DNA of 63,668 nt, counting the filler, from Octopus bimaculoides (lineage: Eukaryota), in the NCBI RefSeq assembly GCF_001194135.2. It is 4 parts of 4 records of this genome, joined end to end, with 100 filler letters (N's around TTAATTAATTAA, not from the genome) between each part and the next. Parts side by side here need not be neighbours in the genome. Positions count along the whole stretch, not along the records: positions 24,623 to 56,168 come from NC_068985.1; 3 more parts are not named here. One strand, given 5' to 3'. A program made the translations under genes and the position numbers. The notes below the pieces were generated by a model. It ran no database searches, had not been told where the DNA came from, and saw nothing but the letters and a program-made list of their open reading frames with translations. Below are positions 39,230 to 52,517 of the stretch, in pieces (position 1 is the stretch's first letter; every line of letters starts with the position of its first letter).

Positions 39230-41000
39230 GCCGGTAGTTGGAAGATTGAATGCTTTATAAGTTAAAAGAAGTTCATCTCAAATCAGGACAAACAAATCAG
39301 TCACCTTGTTGCGTTGTCACCTTACATTTCTCCAGTTCCAAAAACATCTAAATACCCTTGCTAAATTACTTGCCTTTCATAGGAGACTCTCAATCTAAGG
39401 AATACTTGCAGAGATTTTAGGTTTAGTCATCCATTACAAGGAAATAATGGATGAGCCTGGTTGCCCTTCTCTCTTTGTAGTATTCCAAGCTGGCTTTCTT
39501 TTTGTTAGCCCACACAAAGGTAAAATGCAAAGGAAAAACTGAACACCAAAAGTACTACCACCTTAAAATATCTCAATAGATATTCCTTTGAGACCAAAGT
39601 TTATAATTATGTTCTTTGCTATGAACTGTTACTTCTTCATTGTTGTTTTAACAAAGTTCACATTCATGTTGTTAAACTGAGGCACTTTTTTTAAGCCAGT
39701 CATATGGGATGAATCAAAAGTCTTTCTTGTAATGCATACAGGTACATGATGGGTTCTTTTGCATCAACCAATACCATTGTTCTTAATGTCCCAGTCATCT
39801 AGTTGAATAATATTTTAGAGAGTAATTAATGAATTAGTGACAGACATGTGAAGGAGACATCTAGGTACTTGGTTTAGAGTGTTCAAGAGAGTGCTGAAGT
39901 TGCATGTTATATAGCAGTGCACTATGTCGCATGGCAATCACCAAAAGTTTTGAGTTGTCAATGCAAGACTTTTCCACTTCTCAAAACTGTTTAAAGCTAT
40001 TCTCAAACCAAATATTGTAATACTTGAGGGAGATTTTGTTTTTTCAGTTTCTGTTGTTTCTATATAGTGTTCTAATAAACTTTTATCTTTGCTATGCTTA
40101 GCTTCCTTATGAAAAATGATTTTACAAAATGCTTCTGAATTTTCTCTTGTGGATATTTTATCTGCTTTCTATATTGTTATTGTGTATTGTCTTATGCAAT
40201 TTTTGTTGGTTGTTTTCAAAGGTATATTTTTGAGAGAATGTTTTTTTTTCCCTCATGCTTTACCTTTTAAATTTATCACTTAAAGTGGATACTTTTTCCT
40301 TTTAAGCATTTGAGTGTTTACAGTCATGTTGTTTGTAGTTTGTTATAAATATTTATCATAGGGATGTAGTTTTATGGTAGAATTTTTTTGTGTTGTCTGA
40401 ATTATTTCATTTATTTCATTACATAGAGTATTTTGTACTTTTCTTTACCTTTCCAGTCTTCTCTTCTATGTTGGTAACTCTTAATTTTCTATAGATTCAG
40501 TGCTTGTTTAACCATCTATTTGCTATTATAGTTAATCTGGATATGTATTAGAAATACCACCAGGAGTTGATATGTTATGATGTTGAATTTCCCTTTCTAC
40601 ATTGCTTATAGCATACTTTAATACATATTTGGGAATTAAGAGTGGATTTTCTAAAAGACTATGTAATATTCATAAGAATTAGTTGAAGAATTTTTAGGCA
40701 AATTCATGATGTCCAGTGGTAGTGGTATCTATGATATTGATACCCTCATTTCCTTTATTTACTGCATTACTAGATAAATTTAACTATTTACTCTTTTTTT
40801 GCCATTTTAATTTCTATCTTTGTCAACCAATGTTTGGTTTAAGTTGACTTTCATTATAATTGTTTCTCATTTGTGGGAGCATTTATTATGGCCTTCAAAT
40901 AGTATCAGGTTACATTTACTTTGTCTATCATATTCTTTGTTTCATCATTGGATGCCATTGTTGGAATATTCTCCTTTGTATTGGTATACCTTAAGAAAAC
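39230..41000 (-). mobile_element. Highly decayed Penelope-like RT region fragments
   Basis: Short matches only: REGQPGSSIIS (cf. KIHK.G.PGRPIIS) and AVNKGNEGINIID (cf. ADKGNA.VI.D). Confidence 0.35.
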
Positions 41001-41529
41001 CAACAGCTATCTATTGCAATCTGCATTGTTGATGTTGACAGTATATGTCCTAATGAAAGTTTGTTTAGTAATGTATACACAATATTTATTTTCTGATATC
41101 TTTTTATATCTCCACATCAGAGAGATAGTAAAATATGAGGTGAGCAAGATAATTCCTCTGTTATATTCTAATTTGTATTCCTTTCTTTATTTTACATGTT
41201 CCTTCTTTCTTATTTATAATAGTATAAGATTGCAATCAACTCTATTGATATCCAACTATTTATCTGGTATCAATTCTGAATTCTCATATCTTGTTAGCAT
41301 TTACTTTTTGTACATCTTTGTTTTTTCAGAAAATACTTCTTTTTTTTCTTGTATCATTGTACTTTACAGTTATACCAAATGTTACCTGATATTAAGATTA
41401 CTATGAACATGACTTCAGCACTTTCTTCAGAAAGTAAGAAATCTCCATACCAATGGTGTTTTGACATTTTTTCTAAGGCAAGTATCCTTATCAATTTAAA
41501 TAACATTTTCATATTCACATACATAGAAA

Positions 41530-42400
41530 ACATTTAAAAGAATAATCAAGTTATTCCAGTTGCTCTCTGAACTTTCCCTGGCCTAACTTAAGCAACTCTG
41601 TTTTCAGAGCATCCTCCTCCTCTGTAAGTAGATGACCTACGTTACAGAAACTGTCTACTACCTCTAAGTAAATCTGTTTTCTGTATGTTCTTAGTGTTTA
41701 TCGTACCTGCACATCTGCCACACAAAAAGAGTACTTTGTTTACCTTCCTATGATTCCACTGTACCTCTCATGTGTCCATAGCTTGCACTGAGTCAGTATA
41801 TGGAATTTTTACTTACATCTTTTCTATATATTGAGCAGAGCCATTTCCCCAAAAGAATTAGTAATATCTCTGCTTTCCTGCTTACTAGTACTTTGGTCTT
41901 TGCTAAATTAACTCTAAATCCCTTTGATTCCTGGCTTTGCTCCCACACCTGAAATGTCTTCTCTAAGTCTACTATAGATTCAGCTATACAAACAAGGTCA
42001 TCAGCATAGAGGAACTCCCATGAGCAACCAATATTAAACTCCTCTGTTATGGCCTGGTAAATAAGAGAGACCTGAAAAGTGAGCCCTGGTGAACTCCTGT
42101 TTGCATACTAAATTTGTAGCTATACACATTATTGACGTTCATCTTATTGCCAGCACCCCTATAACATGGCTTGTGTGGTTCTCACAGCAGATGAAAGAAT
42201 AAAGGACCCTGTCAAAGGCTTTTATGCTGACAATTGCCAAGTACAGAAAGTATTCCTATCACAAAACCAAACTGCATTTCATCTAAGCTAACTCTCTTCC
42301 TAATCAATTGAGCTGTGATCCATTCTGAAATGTTCATGACCTGAAATTTTCATAGCTCTATATTTACTTTAGTGTAAGTCATCTCCCTAGCCATTAGGTT
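41530..42400 (-). mobile_element. RTE-clade LINE reverse transcriptase fragment
   Basis: TGVHQGSLF...QAITEEFNIGCSWEFLYADDLVCIAES...KGFRVNLAKTKVLVS, with YADD at 41997-42008. Same family as the 26966 fragment. Confidence 0.85.
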
Positions 42401-43880
42401 TGATACCTTCCTGGACAACTTGATTAACTAGACTGATATTTTAAGCATCTGTCTTCATATCTTTGTTTTTATACATTATTTACATTTCGGCTGATTTGCT
42501 CGAATTTTGAACCCAAGGCACTGCCTGGAATTGAACTCAGAATCTTGGAGTTAGTAGCCTATGCTCTTAACCACTATGCTATAAACCTAATATTTTTGAA
42601 TCCTTCCTTAATACCAGTTCCCATATTCTACTCATATCTGCACTAGGTCTCCTTAGGAGGTTATTGTGTCTTAGCATATGTGCTGCCTCTTTTAGTTTTT
42701 GTAAAATAATAGACAGAGAACACCACTGGAAAATATGAATGTAAATAATGTACAGAATTCCTCATCTCTAAAATATAGAACAGTTTGTTTTTATGTTATA
42801 ATAAATACAACTTTACATTAAATTGAAGGATAACTCAATTCATTTGCTAAAGCACAAATTTATTATTTTTTAACAAAAATAGTATTAACAATGACTTTGA
42901 AGTTTTCTCAACTAAACCATCATTGGACTGTGGTGTATTTGAGATGATCTTGGCTTCATATAGCCTCTGCTAAGTTAAAATTTTCTGGGGTAGTTAGAGC
43001 TCTGCTGAATGGTCATTAGACTATAGGGTATCTTGTGATGAAGAGGTGCTATGTAAAAACATTTATTGATGAAATTTGGGGTTTTGCTATTCAGAATTTA
43101 TTCATGCATGTAGAACTTTGTAATCAGGTTTGTCTATTTAGGTGTGTCAGCTTAAACTCATGGGGTTGATTTTGGGGGTTCATATAAGAGTGTAGGTAGT
43201 TGGAAGAAGTTTGTTGGTCAGGAGAAGTGTCACTAGATTTAGTTGTTGGTTTTATTGAACTTAACCTTCTGTTTTGAGAATGCAGAAGTTGAACAATGTT
43301 TAGTTGAATGTATAAACACCAGCATTTTTTTTTTTTTTTATCGTCTGTTACTTCTTTTATCAGCTTCTTTTGCTGAACCGCTAAGTTACTGGGACATAAG
43401 CACTTCAGCACTGGATGTCAAGTGGTGTGGGAATGGGGGTGGGGGTGGGGGACAAACACAAAGATACACATAGATATGCTAGAATATTCTTAAGTTCAAG
43501 CATGCAATTAAGCCTGGAAAAGTACAGGACAAGAAGATAAAAGACTTAAAATATGACTGAGGAAATTAGAATTTGCTAAATAAATTTCTGAAATTGTTCA
43601 TCAAATAGTGTTTGTACTTTTTTGTAATTATATTCTTTTGCTTTAAATTACAAATTTTTTTATATTGAAGTTAATTTTTTTGATTTAAAAATTTCTTTGT
43701 ATTAAGCTAAAACATTTTGGTGTTATTTTTATCTTCATTTTTGTATCTGGTTTGCAAGATTCTATATGTGAATTCAGGAGTTGAAACAAATTTTGTTATG
43801 TCTAGGGAGAGTCATTATGTCAATATTATTAGCACATGCACTGGTTCAATTCTGTTCCTTTACTTTTCATAAAATGGTGT

Positions 43881-44090
43881 AGGTGGTGAGCTAGCAGAAT
43901 TGTTAGCATGCTGTATGAAATGCTTAGCAGTATTTTGCCCATTGCTATGTTCTGTGTTCAAATTTCATTGAGTCAACTTTGTCTTTCATCTTTTTGGGGT
44001 TCATGAATTAAGTATCAGTGAAACACTGGGATTGATGTAATTAACGAGTCCCCCTCCCCACAAATTTCAGGCCTTGTGCCTTCAGTAGAA
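43881..44090 (+). mobile_element. SINE family B, full length, CpG-decayed
   Basis: AGGTGGTGAGCTAGCAGAAT (A-box-like) ... TGTGTTCAAATTTC (B-box-like) ... GGCCTTGTGCC. Confidence 0.8.
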
Positions 44091-44454
44091 AGGATTATTA
44101 GTCAATTGGTTTAATATCCAACTAACTAATTGATTGTTTAATTTGCTTAAACAGTAAGATGTTTGTTTTGTTTTTGTTTGTGAAAGCTCATTTGCTGCTA
44201 CTTGCAACCTTTTCAGGGATTTTCGATTTAGTCCATTATGGAGGCTGCATATGTTTGCTTGAGACCTTGTTGCTTGCATGCGTGTGCATGCTTGTGTATG
44301 TATATGTATGCGTGTATGTATGTATTCTTGTGTGTGCGTATGGTTGTGTGTTTATGTATGTGTTTGTGTGTGAACTTCTGCTTCCTTGGCATGTGTACTG
44401 GAGTGTGTCTGCATATGAGTTTGTGTGTGTATGTGTGTGTCTATATGAGTGTAT

Positions 44455-44776
44455 GACACATGGCCTAGTGGTTAGGGTATTTGGCTCACAATCATAAGGT
44501 CGTGAGTTCAATTCCTGGCGACATGTTGTGTCCTTGAGCAAGACACTTTATTTCATGTTGCTCCAGTTCACTCAGCTGGTAAAAATGATTAGTACCTGTA
44601 TTTCAAAGGGCCAGCCTTGTCACACTCTGTGTTACGTTGAATTTTCCTGAGAACTATGTTAAGGGTACACATGTCTGTGGAGTGCTCAGCCTCTTGCGCG
44701 TTAATTTCACGAGCAGGCTGTTCCGTTGATTGGATCAACTGGAACCCTTGTCATCATAACCGATGGACTGCCAGTT
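44455..44776 (+). mobile_element. tRNA-headed SINE, family C
   Basis: A box TGGCCTAGTGG (44461) and B box GAGTTCAATTCC (44504), followed by TGTCCTTGAGCAAGACACTTT and a non-tRNA body. Confidence 0.8.
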
Positions 44777-45599
44777 ATATATGAGTATGTATGGTCATGT
44801 GTTTCTGTCTCTTTGTGTATGTGTGTGTGTGTGTGTGTGTCTGTTCATACTACCTACATACATATGTACCTACCTATCTATCTATCTACTTACAAGTAAC
44901 TAACAATCTGTATACCCAACCTAACTACCTAAAACCTATCTACTTGCCTACCTAGTTACCTACTTGACTGCCTGCTTATGTATGTACCTATGTATGTACG
45001 CTGTGTTAGTGATATCTGTGGCATTAGGGTATCCCTACCTTCTACATTTCCTATTTGGTGTGGGTAATGTTTAATTTATGAGGATGTACTCTTGTAATTG
45101 TTTAAGTGATGGGTCCTTTGGGCGTTTGGACAAAATGTGGATGTCAATGTAGCTTAAAAACTAGACCAACATGGCTAAAAAAAACTGCATTCAATTAGGT
45201 TGAGAACTGACTTAGTAATGAAACCTTGAAGTGCTTGCAAGTGACTAAAATTTGACCTTAAGAATATGTTCATCCATCAACTAAATCCACTCACAAGGCT
45301 TTGATTGGCCTAAGACTACAGGAGAAAATGTCCAAGGTGTCATGCGGTGGGACTAAACCCAGAACCATGTGGTTGGGAAGCAAGCTACATACCATACCTG
45401 TACCAATATGTAAACAATCATGATTTACAAATTGTGGATTAAATATTTGCTTTCTTTACTATTTTCTTAACTTGTTTAATTCATTCCACATTTTTCTGTT
45501 TTAAAATGAAACTTAACTAACATCATAATTCAAATCTGGTTGAGTTTGTGTGGTTAACCAATTTTTTTTATCTATCATTTACCTTATTTCTGTAATCTC

Positions 45600-46760
45600 T
45601 GTTGTTGATATTTTATCATCCAATTTTCTGTTATTTTCCCATTGATATATATTTCAATTTCTTTACATATCTATTTTTGTCCCAGTTTAATATACCCTCC
45701 CCCAAATTTTTTTTAGTATCTAATCCAATATACTGAAACTCTTTTATTTCAAATAATTTATGAAACCTGTCTATAACCTGAGTCTGAAAGATTTTTGACT
45801 CTGCAAAGCAAAAACCAATATGAGTAGCAATGATACCATGTGGTTTGTTTCCATAATACCATGTAGATATGATCTGATCATATTTGGAGGCTACTACTGC
45901 TAACTTCAATAATTCCTCTCTGGTTGTTAAATACCAGGATCTTGAAGCATCAGATAAGCCATATGTACATTTTATAAGTTTACACATATAATCTGAAGGC
46001 ACACTGACCTCTCGAGAGGCAAGGAGGGATCCAAGTAAATTGATCTAATTGTTTGCTCTGTAAATATGCGGCTTTAATATCCATTGATTTACTTAACCAA
46101 CCATGAAATGCTATAATTCATAATGTTTTGCATAGGCCATCTTTTGAACTTGTGGGAGAGTCATTTCTAAGATTGGTTTCAGATTTTGGCACAAGGCCAG
46201 AAGTGGACAAGTCGATTACATTAACCCTACTTCTCAACTGGTACTCATTTTATTGACCCTTGAAATGATGAAAAGTATGCTAAGTATTTTGCCTGGCATG
46301 CTAGCGATTCTGCCAGCTCACCATCTTAGACTCATTCTAATATTACTAGTATTTCTGTCCTGAAAACCTTTTACCATACACCTTAGCTCTACAGATTTGT
46401 TTATCAGTTAATATCTTATTTGTATAAATCCATTGCATTCACCTTAATCATGTACCTGCATATAAATTTGATTATTTGCTGAACTTTCAAGTTCTCTTTT
46501 CTTTACTTTATCTAAGTCAGTATTTGAGAAGGAGGAGGAGGAAATCATTACATTTTCCTCATCTGAAGGATGCTTCTCTTTATCTTCATTTATTTGGCAT
46601 TCATTTACTCCATGCTCAAAATCTAACCAAAATGGTTCACCTTGTTCCATAACCGCATACTTTAAATATTTATTTTTATCTGTTGCTTTACCTGTCTTAC
46701 TTATTACATTTAATCTCCTCTATTCTGAATTCTCATCCTTTGTAAGTTTACATTGAATCA
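45600..46760 (-). mobile_element. Degenerate Copia-type pol (integrase-RT linker and RT)
   Basis: TGKATDKNKY...EPFWLDFEHGVNE; NLRNDSPTSSKDGL...WLSKSMDIKAAYLQ; CKLIKCTYGLSDASRSWY (cf. LKK.LYGL.DASR.WY). Contains stops and frameshifts, and is interrupted by a SINE. Confidence 0.8.
46175..46327 (-). mobile_element. SINE family B (internally deleted) inserted in the Copia RT with a decayed TSD
   Basis: Flanked by AGAGTCATTTCTAAGATT (46157-46174) and AGACTCATTCTAATATT (46328-46344). Confidence 0.8.
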
Positions 46761-47644
46761 TTTGTCTTGGTTTTGGAATTCTGTATTGTTTTTGATCTAA
46801 TTACATGACTGATTGTGAAACTAACTCAATATAACTCACAAAGCCATTTCATAACAGCCATACATATTGTATTTGATACTTCTTAATAAAAATAACGACT
46901 TTATTACTTCATGAAAATAGTGCAACAGAACTCCCAAAGTATCTATTTATGAAGAGAGTCATATAGATGAGGAGCTGGAAACAACATTAAATGACAATAT
47001 TGAAAAGCATCAAACTATAAGAAAAAAGAAATAGACAACCTAAACAAAAATCTGTTCACAATCAGTCATGTAATTAGATCAAAAACAATACAGAATTCCA
47101 AATGTCACAAAAATTCCTATTTATGAAGTATTCAGGCCAACAGATTTCAAATAAAATGTACTTCATTAAATACAGTCAAATTATCATGTGTATTCATATA
47201 AAGCAAAAAATAATAAATAATAATCAAAGGCTTATTTTTAACCCTTTAATATTCAGATTACTCTGTCAAATGTAATGTTTATTTATTCACATTATTTTGA
47301 ACTAGTTATGCATTATCTCATAGCTGTGAGATTTCCATGATGTGACTCTTTACTTTAGGAATGATATTATAGGGCAGGTGTAAGATTTGACTGGTTTGAA
47401 CATGAAGGAGGTAGAATACAGGTAGTTTGAATGCTAAAGGTTAATGGTCAAACATTTCAAATTGTAACAATGGGAGCCTAGTAACTTCTCTAACACTGAT
47501 AGAATTTTTTTTTATATGTTGTATATATTATCATTGGGAATGCTTGTAAACTGATTTGTGTGATAGACTTAGTGACAACAATGTCGTATTTCTTTCAAAA
47601 GTTTGGAAGTTGTTCATTTTATGTCTTCTTCCATGCCCATACAG

Positions 47645-47725
47645 GTTAGAAACTACATATTATTTAGACATTGTTTCTTTTACAGCCAAATTCCCTACTT
47701 GTTGCTAAAACTTACTTGTGTTCAA
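47645..47725 (+). CDS. HELZ2: HELZ2-like gene, candidate cassette exon (phase 0-0; alternative acceptor at 47686)
   Basis: Acceptor TCTTCTTCCATGCCCATACAG|G, donor CAA|GTAAGG, 81 nt open (VRNY...YLLLKLTCVQ). Frame is kept whether included or skipped, so it is not required. Confidence 0.4.
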
Positions 47726-48603
47726 GTAAGGAAGTTTTCATTCCATTCAGAGCTATCAAGCAATTTGTTGACATGGAAATGTTAACATGTAGCTGTAGCT
47801 CAGAGAATCTTTTTTTTTAAGAAGCATGGAAAATAAACATTCACATAGACATACATACATGCACATGATACCTATGTCAGGCTTTATATAGTTTTCTAAA
47901 TTCACTCAAGGCATTGGTTAGTCATAACTGTAGTAGAAGACACTTGCTCTAAGTACCATGGAGTATTACTTTGAGTGAGATTGAGCTTAAAAACACATGG
48001 TTGCAAAGTGAACACAGTCATGCCTGCGACTCAGAAGAAAATGAAAATATAAACACACAACACTTTAGCTTGAATAAAACACGCATTATAACTGATTTTG
48101 TCAATTTAAAATTTTAAATCCATTATAATGAAAATAACGTCAATTGAATCGAAATATTAGGGACTTATGGTAACATATATGACAATATCTTGGTGATAGA
48201 CTGAGATTATGTTTAGATATACATTTATGTGTTGGAGAGATGTTCTTCAAAGTAAGGTGAGGAGTGGTAAAGTTTATTCAAGTCAGATGTTTACTGTTGA
48301 CGCATAGTGTGATCATTGCACTTGATTTTTAAAAATTCTGAGACAGATTTTGGTGGTTGTTGGGGGAGTGTGTTGCATATTTCGTGGATAGAACCTAAAT
48401 TTGAAGATAGGTGAATAAATAAATATCAGCCACACTTCAAATTTAATTGATTGTTAATTAATTGTTAAACTCCAAAGAGATTAAATCCCTAATAAATCTG
48501 AAATTCGTACTTGATCTGGAAATGAAGAAAAATAATTTTTATAAACATATTTCATTAAATATATTATATGTTTATTTATTCATTTATCTGTTTTCTTATT
48601 CAG

Positions 48604-49070
48604 AAGCACAATCTACAGAAAATTAAAATATTGACCAAAAAGATTGGAGAAAATTTTTTTCTAATTCCTACTGCAAAAGCAAATGACTCTAATCCAGCAT
48701 ATTTAAATATGTTTAAAATTGCTGAAGATAAATGGCAGGTGCCTGTTATATATACTGGAGATGCTTGTGAGACATTTTCTGTGAATGTTGTATTTGATTT
48801 TGGTATAAAATATTTACTTTCTTATCCAATTGATGTAAAGATTAGCCCTGCTGAAAATACTAAAGATGTTAAGACTTGTTTAAAAGCATCTACAAATACT
48901 CAGTTAAATGCTACTAATCCAGTTGATTTAATGACTAAATACAAAATCCCTGAAAACTTAGTGTTGAATGAACACAACACAGAATTAACACTAAAGAAAG
49001 ACAACTATGTTGAAACGATGCACACTTTACTTTATGCAGAGGAAATTGCTCGCAACACCATCATATCAAG
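48604..49070 (+). CDS. HELZ2: HELZ2-like gene, exon (phase 0-2)
   Basis: Acceptor TTTTCTTATTCAG|, donor AG|GTAAGA. FSVNVVFDFG and NYVETMHTLLYAEEIAR match the recalled HELZ/HELZ2 motifs VVFDFG and NY..RMH.LL..EE.A. Confidence 0.88.
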
Positions 49071-49129
49071 GTAAGATGTACAATGTATTGGCATAAAGTA
49101 CTCTAGACAATTCTCTTTTCATTACACAT

Positions 49130-50570
49130 TACATCTGTGAATTTTGTTTCAACCTTGACTCTCCCCACTATCTCTTAATATACAAGTATACATCTTAATT
49201 CTTCTCTGAAAGGCTCTCTTCAAGTTACACTTTATATTTCAAATTCTTTCTTGGATGTGATGTCTACCCTCAGGTAAAATCTGATTTCTCGCTTAGACAT
49301 TAGCAATAAAAACTTCTAGTTATCTTAACCCAAAGTTTCTCATCACCATTTCTTTAAGTTCATTTGTTTTCTGTGTTACTCTCCAACCATTATCAGTGGT
49401 TGAACTATCTTTCATTCTTGGTAACTTCAATGCTCACAGATTTTTTTCTTCAATCTTACATTCTTCCCAGATCAGAGGTACCCAACCTGCTAGAAATCTT
49501 CCTTAAACTATACTCTGTTTTAAAAATGAGATAGTGGATAGTGTATTCTAAAGTATACTACTTGTAAAAACAAGGCAGAATGATCAAGTCTTGAACGTCT
49601 ATGATAACAGATTTACTTGAACATTGTTAAAAACTGCTTGTGCATGTGCCAAACATTTACTTCCCTGCATTGCCTGCATCACTTAGTCTCATCATTTATC
49701 TGTGTTCATGATAAACTTACTGACCTTATAAACAACCTTGTTCCCACCTTGTTTTTACTTCTAAACCCAACTTTCATTCTGCTATTACAGTCTTTGCTAC
49801 CATAAGATCATCTGATCTGTAGATAATCAAGACAATTCACTTTCCATCATCCATCATATGACACAATGGTTCCTGTTCCCTGAACCCACTGGTACTGCAA
49901 GTCAGCTAACTGATCCGAGTTTCAATAGTTCTACACTAACTTGTTTTGCCAGCAAATGTGCTTCGTTTCTGATCCATTTGAAGCAACTAAGCTAATAACT
50001 AATACTATCTTCCTTAGCATGTCCAACACCATCCTTCAACTCAACTAAATCCCACAACTATAAAGTCCCTTGTTTGTTCACTTACAAATACCTACAACAT
50101 CTTAAGGGAGACCACCACCAGAAAGATAAAGGCGGCCTTAACTGTATTATATGGTGTGTAAATTCTTTTGCCATCCAGATTATAATCAAGCTTTCTAATC
50201 TCATGTTAGTAAAGATCTTTACTAACTTTTCGGAATCCCCTAACCACTTCTTAAAGAAATGGTCTCGTAAGTAACAATCTTATTGATAGAGATACCTTAT
50301 TTGCTGCCTATTTTTCTGTTAATCTATACTGAATTCCAACAACAATACTTTTTCCAAACTCTCCTTTTTAAATTACCTGTCTTGCCACCAAATCTTAAAA
50401 TTTCTTTGATTTCCCCTAATCAACAAGATAACTTGACGTTGATAGTATCTCTTCCATAACTAGTGCTGTTCTAGAAATAGAGATGTCTAATATTCGATCT
50501 TTTCCTCAACATAAGGATCTGTTCCAGCCTATGGAAGCATACAGAACTTTTTCTCAATCCTAAAATGGTT
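49130..50570 (+). mobile_element. Decayed CR1/L2-type LINE fragments
   Basis: ELSFILGNFNAH near 49.41 kb (APE endonuclease I.GDFNAH motif), plus weaker RT-like pieces near 50.2 and 50.5 kb. Confidence 0.45.
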
Positions 50571-50780
50571 AATCCCTCTCTAACTGATAATCATTAACCT
50601 TTCACTCACATTATTAAAATCTGAAACACAATGGAAAGTTGTAAATGTGATAGTTATTGTTGATGTTACATAATTGCTTACTAAATTTTTTGTCACATAA
50701 TACTGATATTGTTACTTCCCTATTTATTGATGAAATCCTGGAGTTATGAATGACCATTTGTTTGTTTCATTCCCTTTCAG

Positions 50781-51236
50781 ATATAATTTTAGATCTGAAA
50801 TGAAGATTTCCAATTATATTAATGATGCAAGTGGTACGTTTTTCACTGATGTTGATGGATCATTGTTTGGCATTGTCAATTTCTCTGCTTCACTCTTATG
50901 TGGAGATCAAGATAATTTGGTTTCCAAAAACTGTGAAAGTGTACTTCTTTTTTTGACAAGTAACAAAAATAAATTCTATGAAATCCCCATCACCATGAAA
51001 ACAAACCCTCCATTTTCTGGTCTTCAACAAAGCACTCTTTATTTGACCTTTAATAAACAGCATGTAATAAATTTAAAACTTGAAAATGGGAATTCCCTTG
51101 ATGTAGAAATTCATTTCAAGTTAAACAGAAAAGGCTTTTTAAGGATGCATCACGCTATAGATAGTCTAATATCTACAGAAATTGTTTTTCCAAACACTTG
51201 TACCATCCCTTTGGAAAACGAAAACCAGGATTACAG
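50781..51236 (+). CDS. HELZ2: HELZ2-like gene, exon (phase 2-2; last visible)
   Basis: Acceptor TTCCCTTTCAG|A, donor AG|GTATGT. AG+A gives Arg in frame. DVEIHFKLNRKGFLRMHHAIDSL..IVFP matches the recalled E.QFQLNR....MH.A.D motif just upstream of the SF1 helicase core. Confidence 0.88.
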
Positions 51237-52517
51237 GTATGTTTTTTTTAAAATCTAAAATGCATTTTTTGTCAATGTCATTAACTAAATACATGATATA
51301 TATCTAATTTTTTTAACCCTAAATAGTTTGGTTATATATATGGAATAAGTCACATATTGGTGCTAAAAAAATGTTATGGTTTCATTGGGAAAATAGCACC
51401 ATAATTTGGAATGTTTTCTGATATAAACATTAGTCATGTGAAAGTTCTACAACTGTTTTGAAATTTTTAATTCTCTGCCAATAAAACAAAAGTGATATGT
51501 TCCATATCTTCAGCACTTATAAAATAACTCACTTTATTTACATACATACAGTGTCAAAGAGGATATGTGGGTGTGTGTGTGTGTGTTTGCATGCGCGCGT
51601 ACGTGCATGGGTGTGTGCATCTTTTATCTTTTACCCGTTTCAGATATTAGACTGCAGCCATGCTGGGGCACTACCTTGAAGAATTTTAACCAAACAAATC
51701 GACCCCTAAGATGGTTAGGGTTGGAAATGGTCCAACAGTTTATTAATAGGAATGCGAAATTTGGTAAAAACAATGAAATGAATTATTACGTAGGAAAGTT
51801 ATTGAAATATTTCTGGTTAAGGGGAGGTAATAACTAGGGTAAGTGGCCATAATTAGGGATTGCTGGTTGCAGTACCCCTCGCCCCTCCCCTCCAAAAATT
51901 AGTTGACTAGCCTATCTAACAGCTAATTGCTTAAACGATCTTTAAATCAGTCAGCCTAGTGGTCAATTAAATGAGTAAAAGTAGATATCCCTAATAAAAT
52001 TCGTGGGTTACAATTTTAAAATTAAAATACTTGCAGATTGTTTTTACAGATGTAAGCTTTTACTACAATTTCTACATGTATTCATTCATACACAAAAAAA
52101 AAAATTTTATTTCACCATACATATAAGTGCATATGCGCACACCTACACAAATACATATATGTTGAAAATTGGTATATATACACAGTTTATCTATTCTGGT
52201 TATAATAACATTGTTAGTAATCTTAAATTTTATCTTCATACAACATAACAATATTGCTTATATACAATCACCCATTGTACCCCATGATAATTTCCTCTGT
52301 ATTAACATCATAGGTTTTATTAGCATCTTGCCCCTTTAACTGGTAATTAACATCTTCATTTAGGGTCTTCCCCTACCCAGCCTCCTTTATAGACAGTCAC
52401 TTATACATTTTCTAAAATCCTGACAAAATTTATGACCATACCCACTCTATCTATCTATTCTAAAATGACACTATCCTCTAGCTTTAGATTTGCAAGTTGA
52501 TTAAAAATAGACTAATA

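Noticed and set aside
40921-41406. 161-aa hydrophobic ORF resembling a membrane protein
   Set aside because: It is the T-rich antisense of a decayed A-rich retroelement, and the hydrophobicity is compositional.
44455-44525. tRNA gene
   Set aside because: A and B boxes are present, but there is no acceptor stem and it continues into a SINE body.
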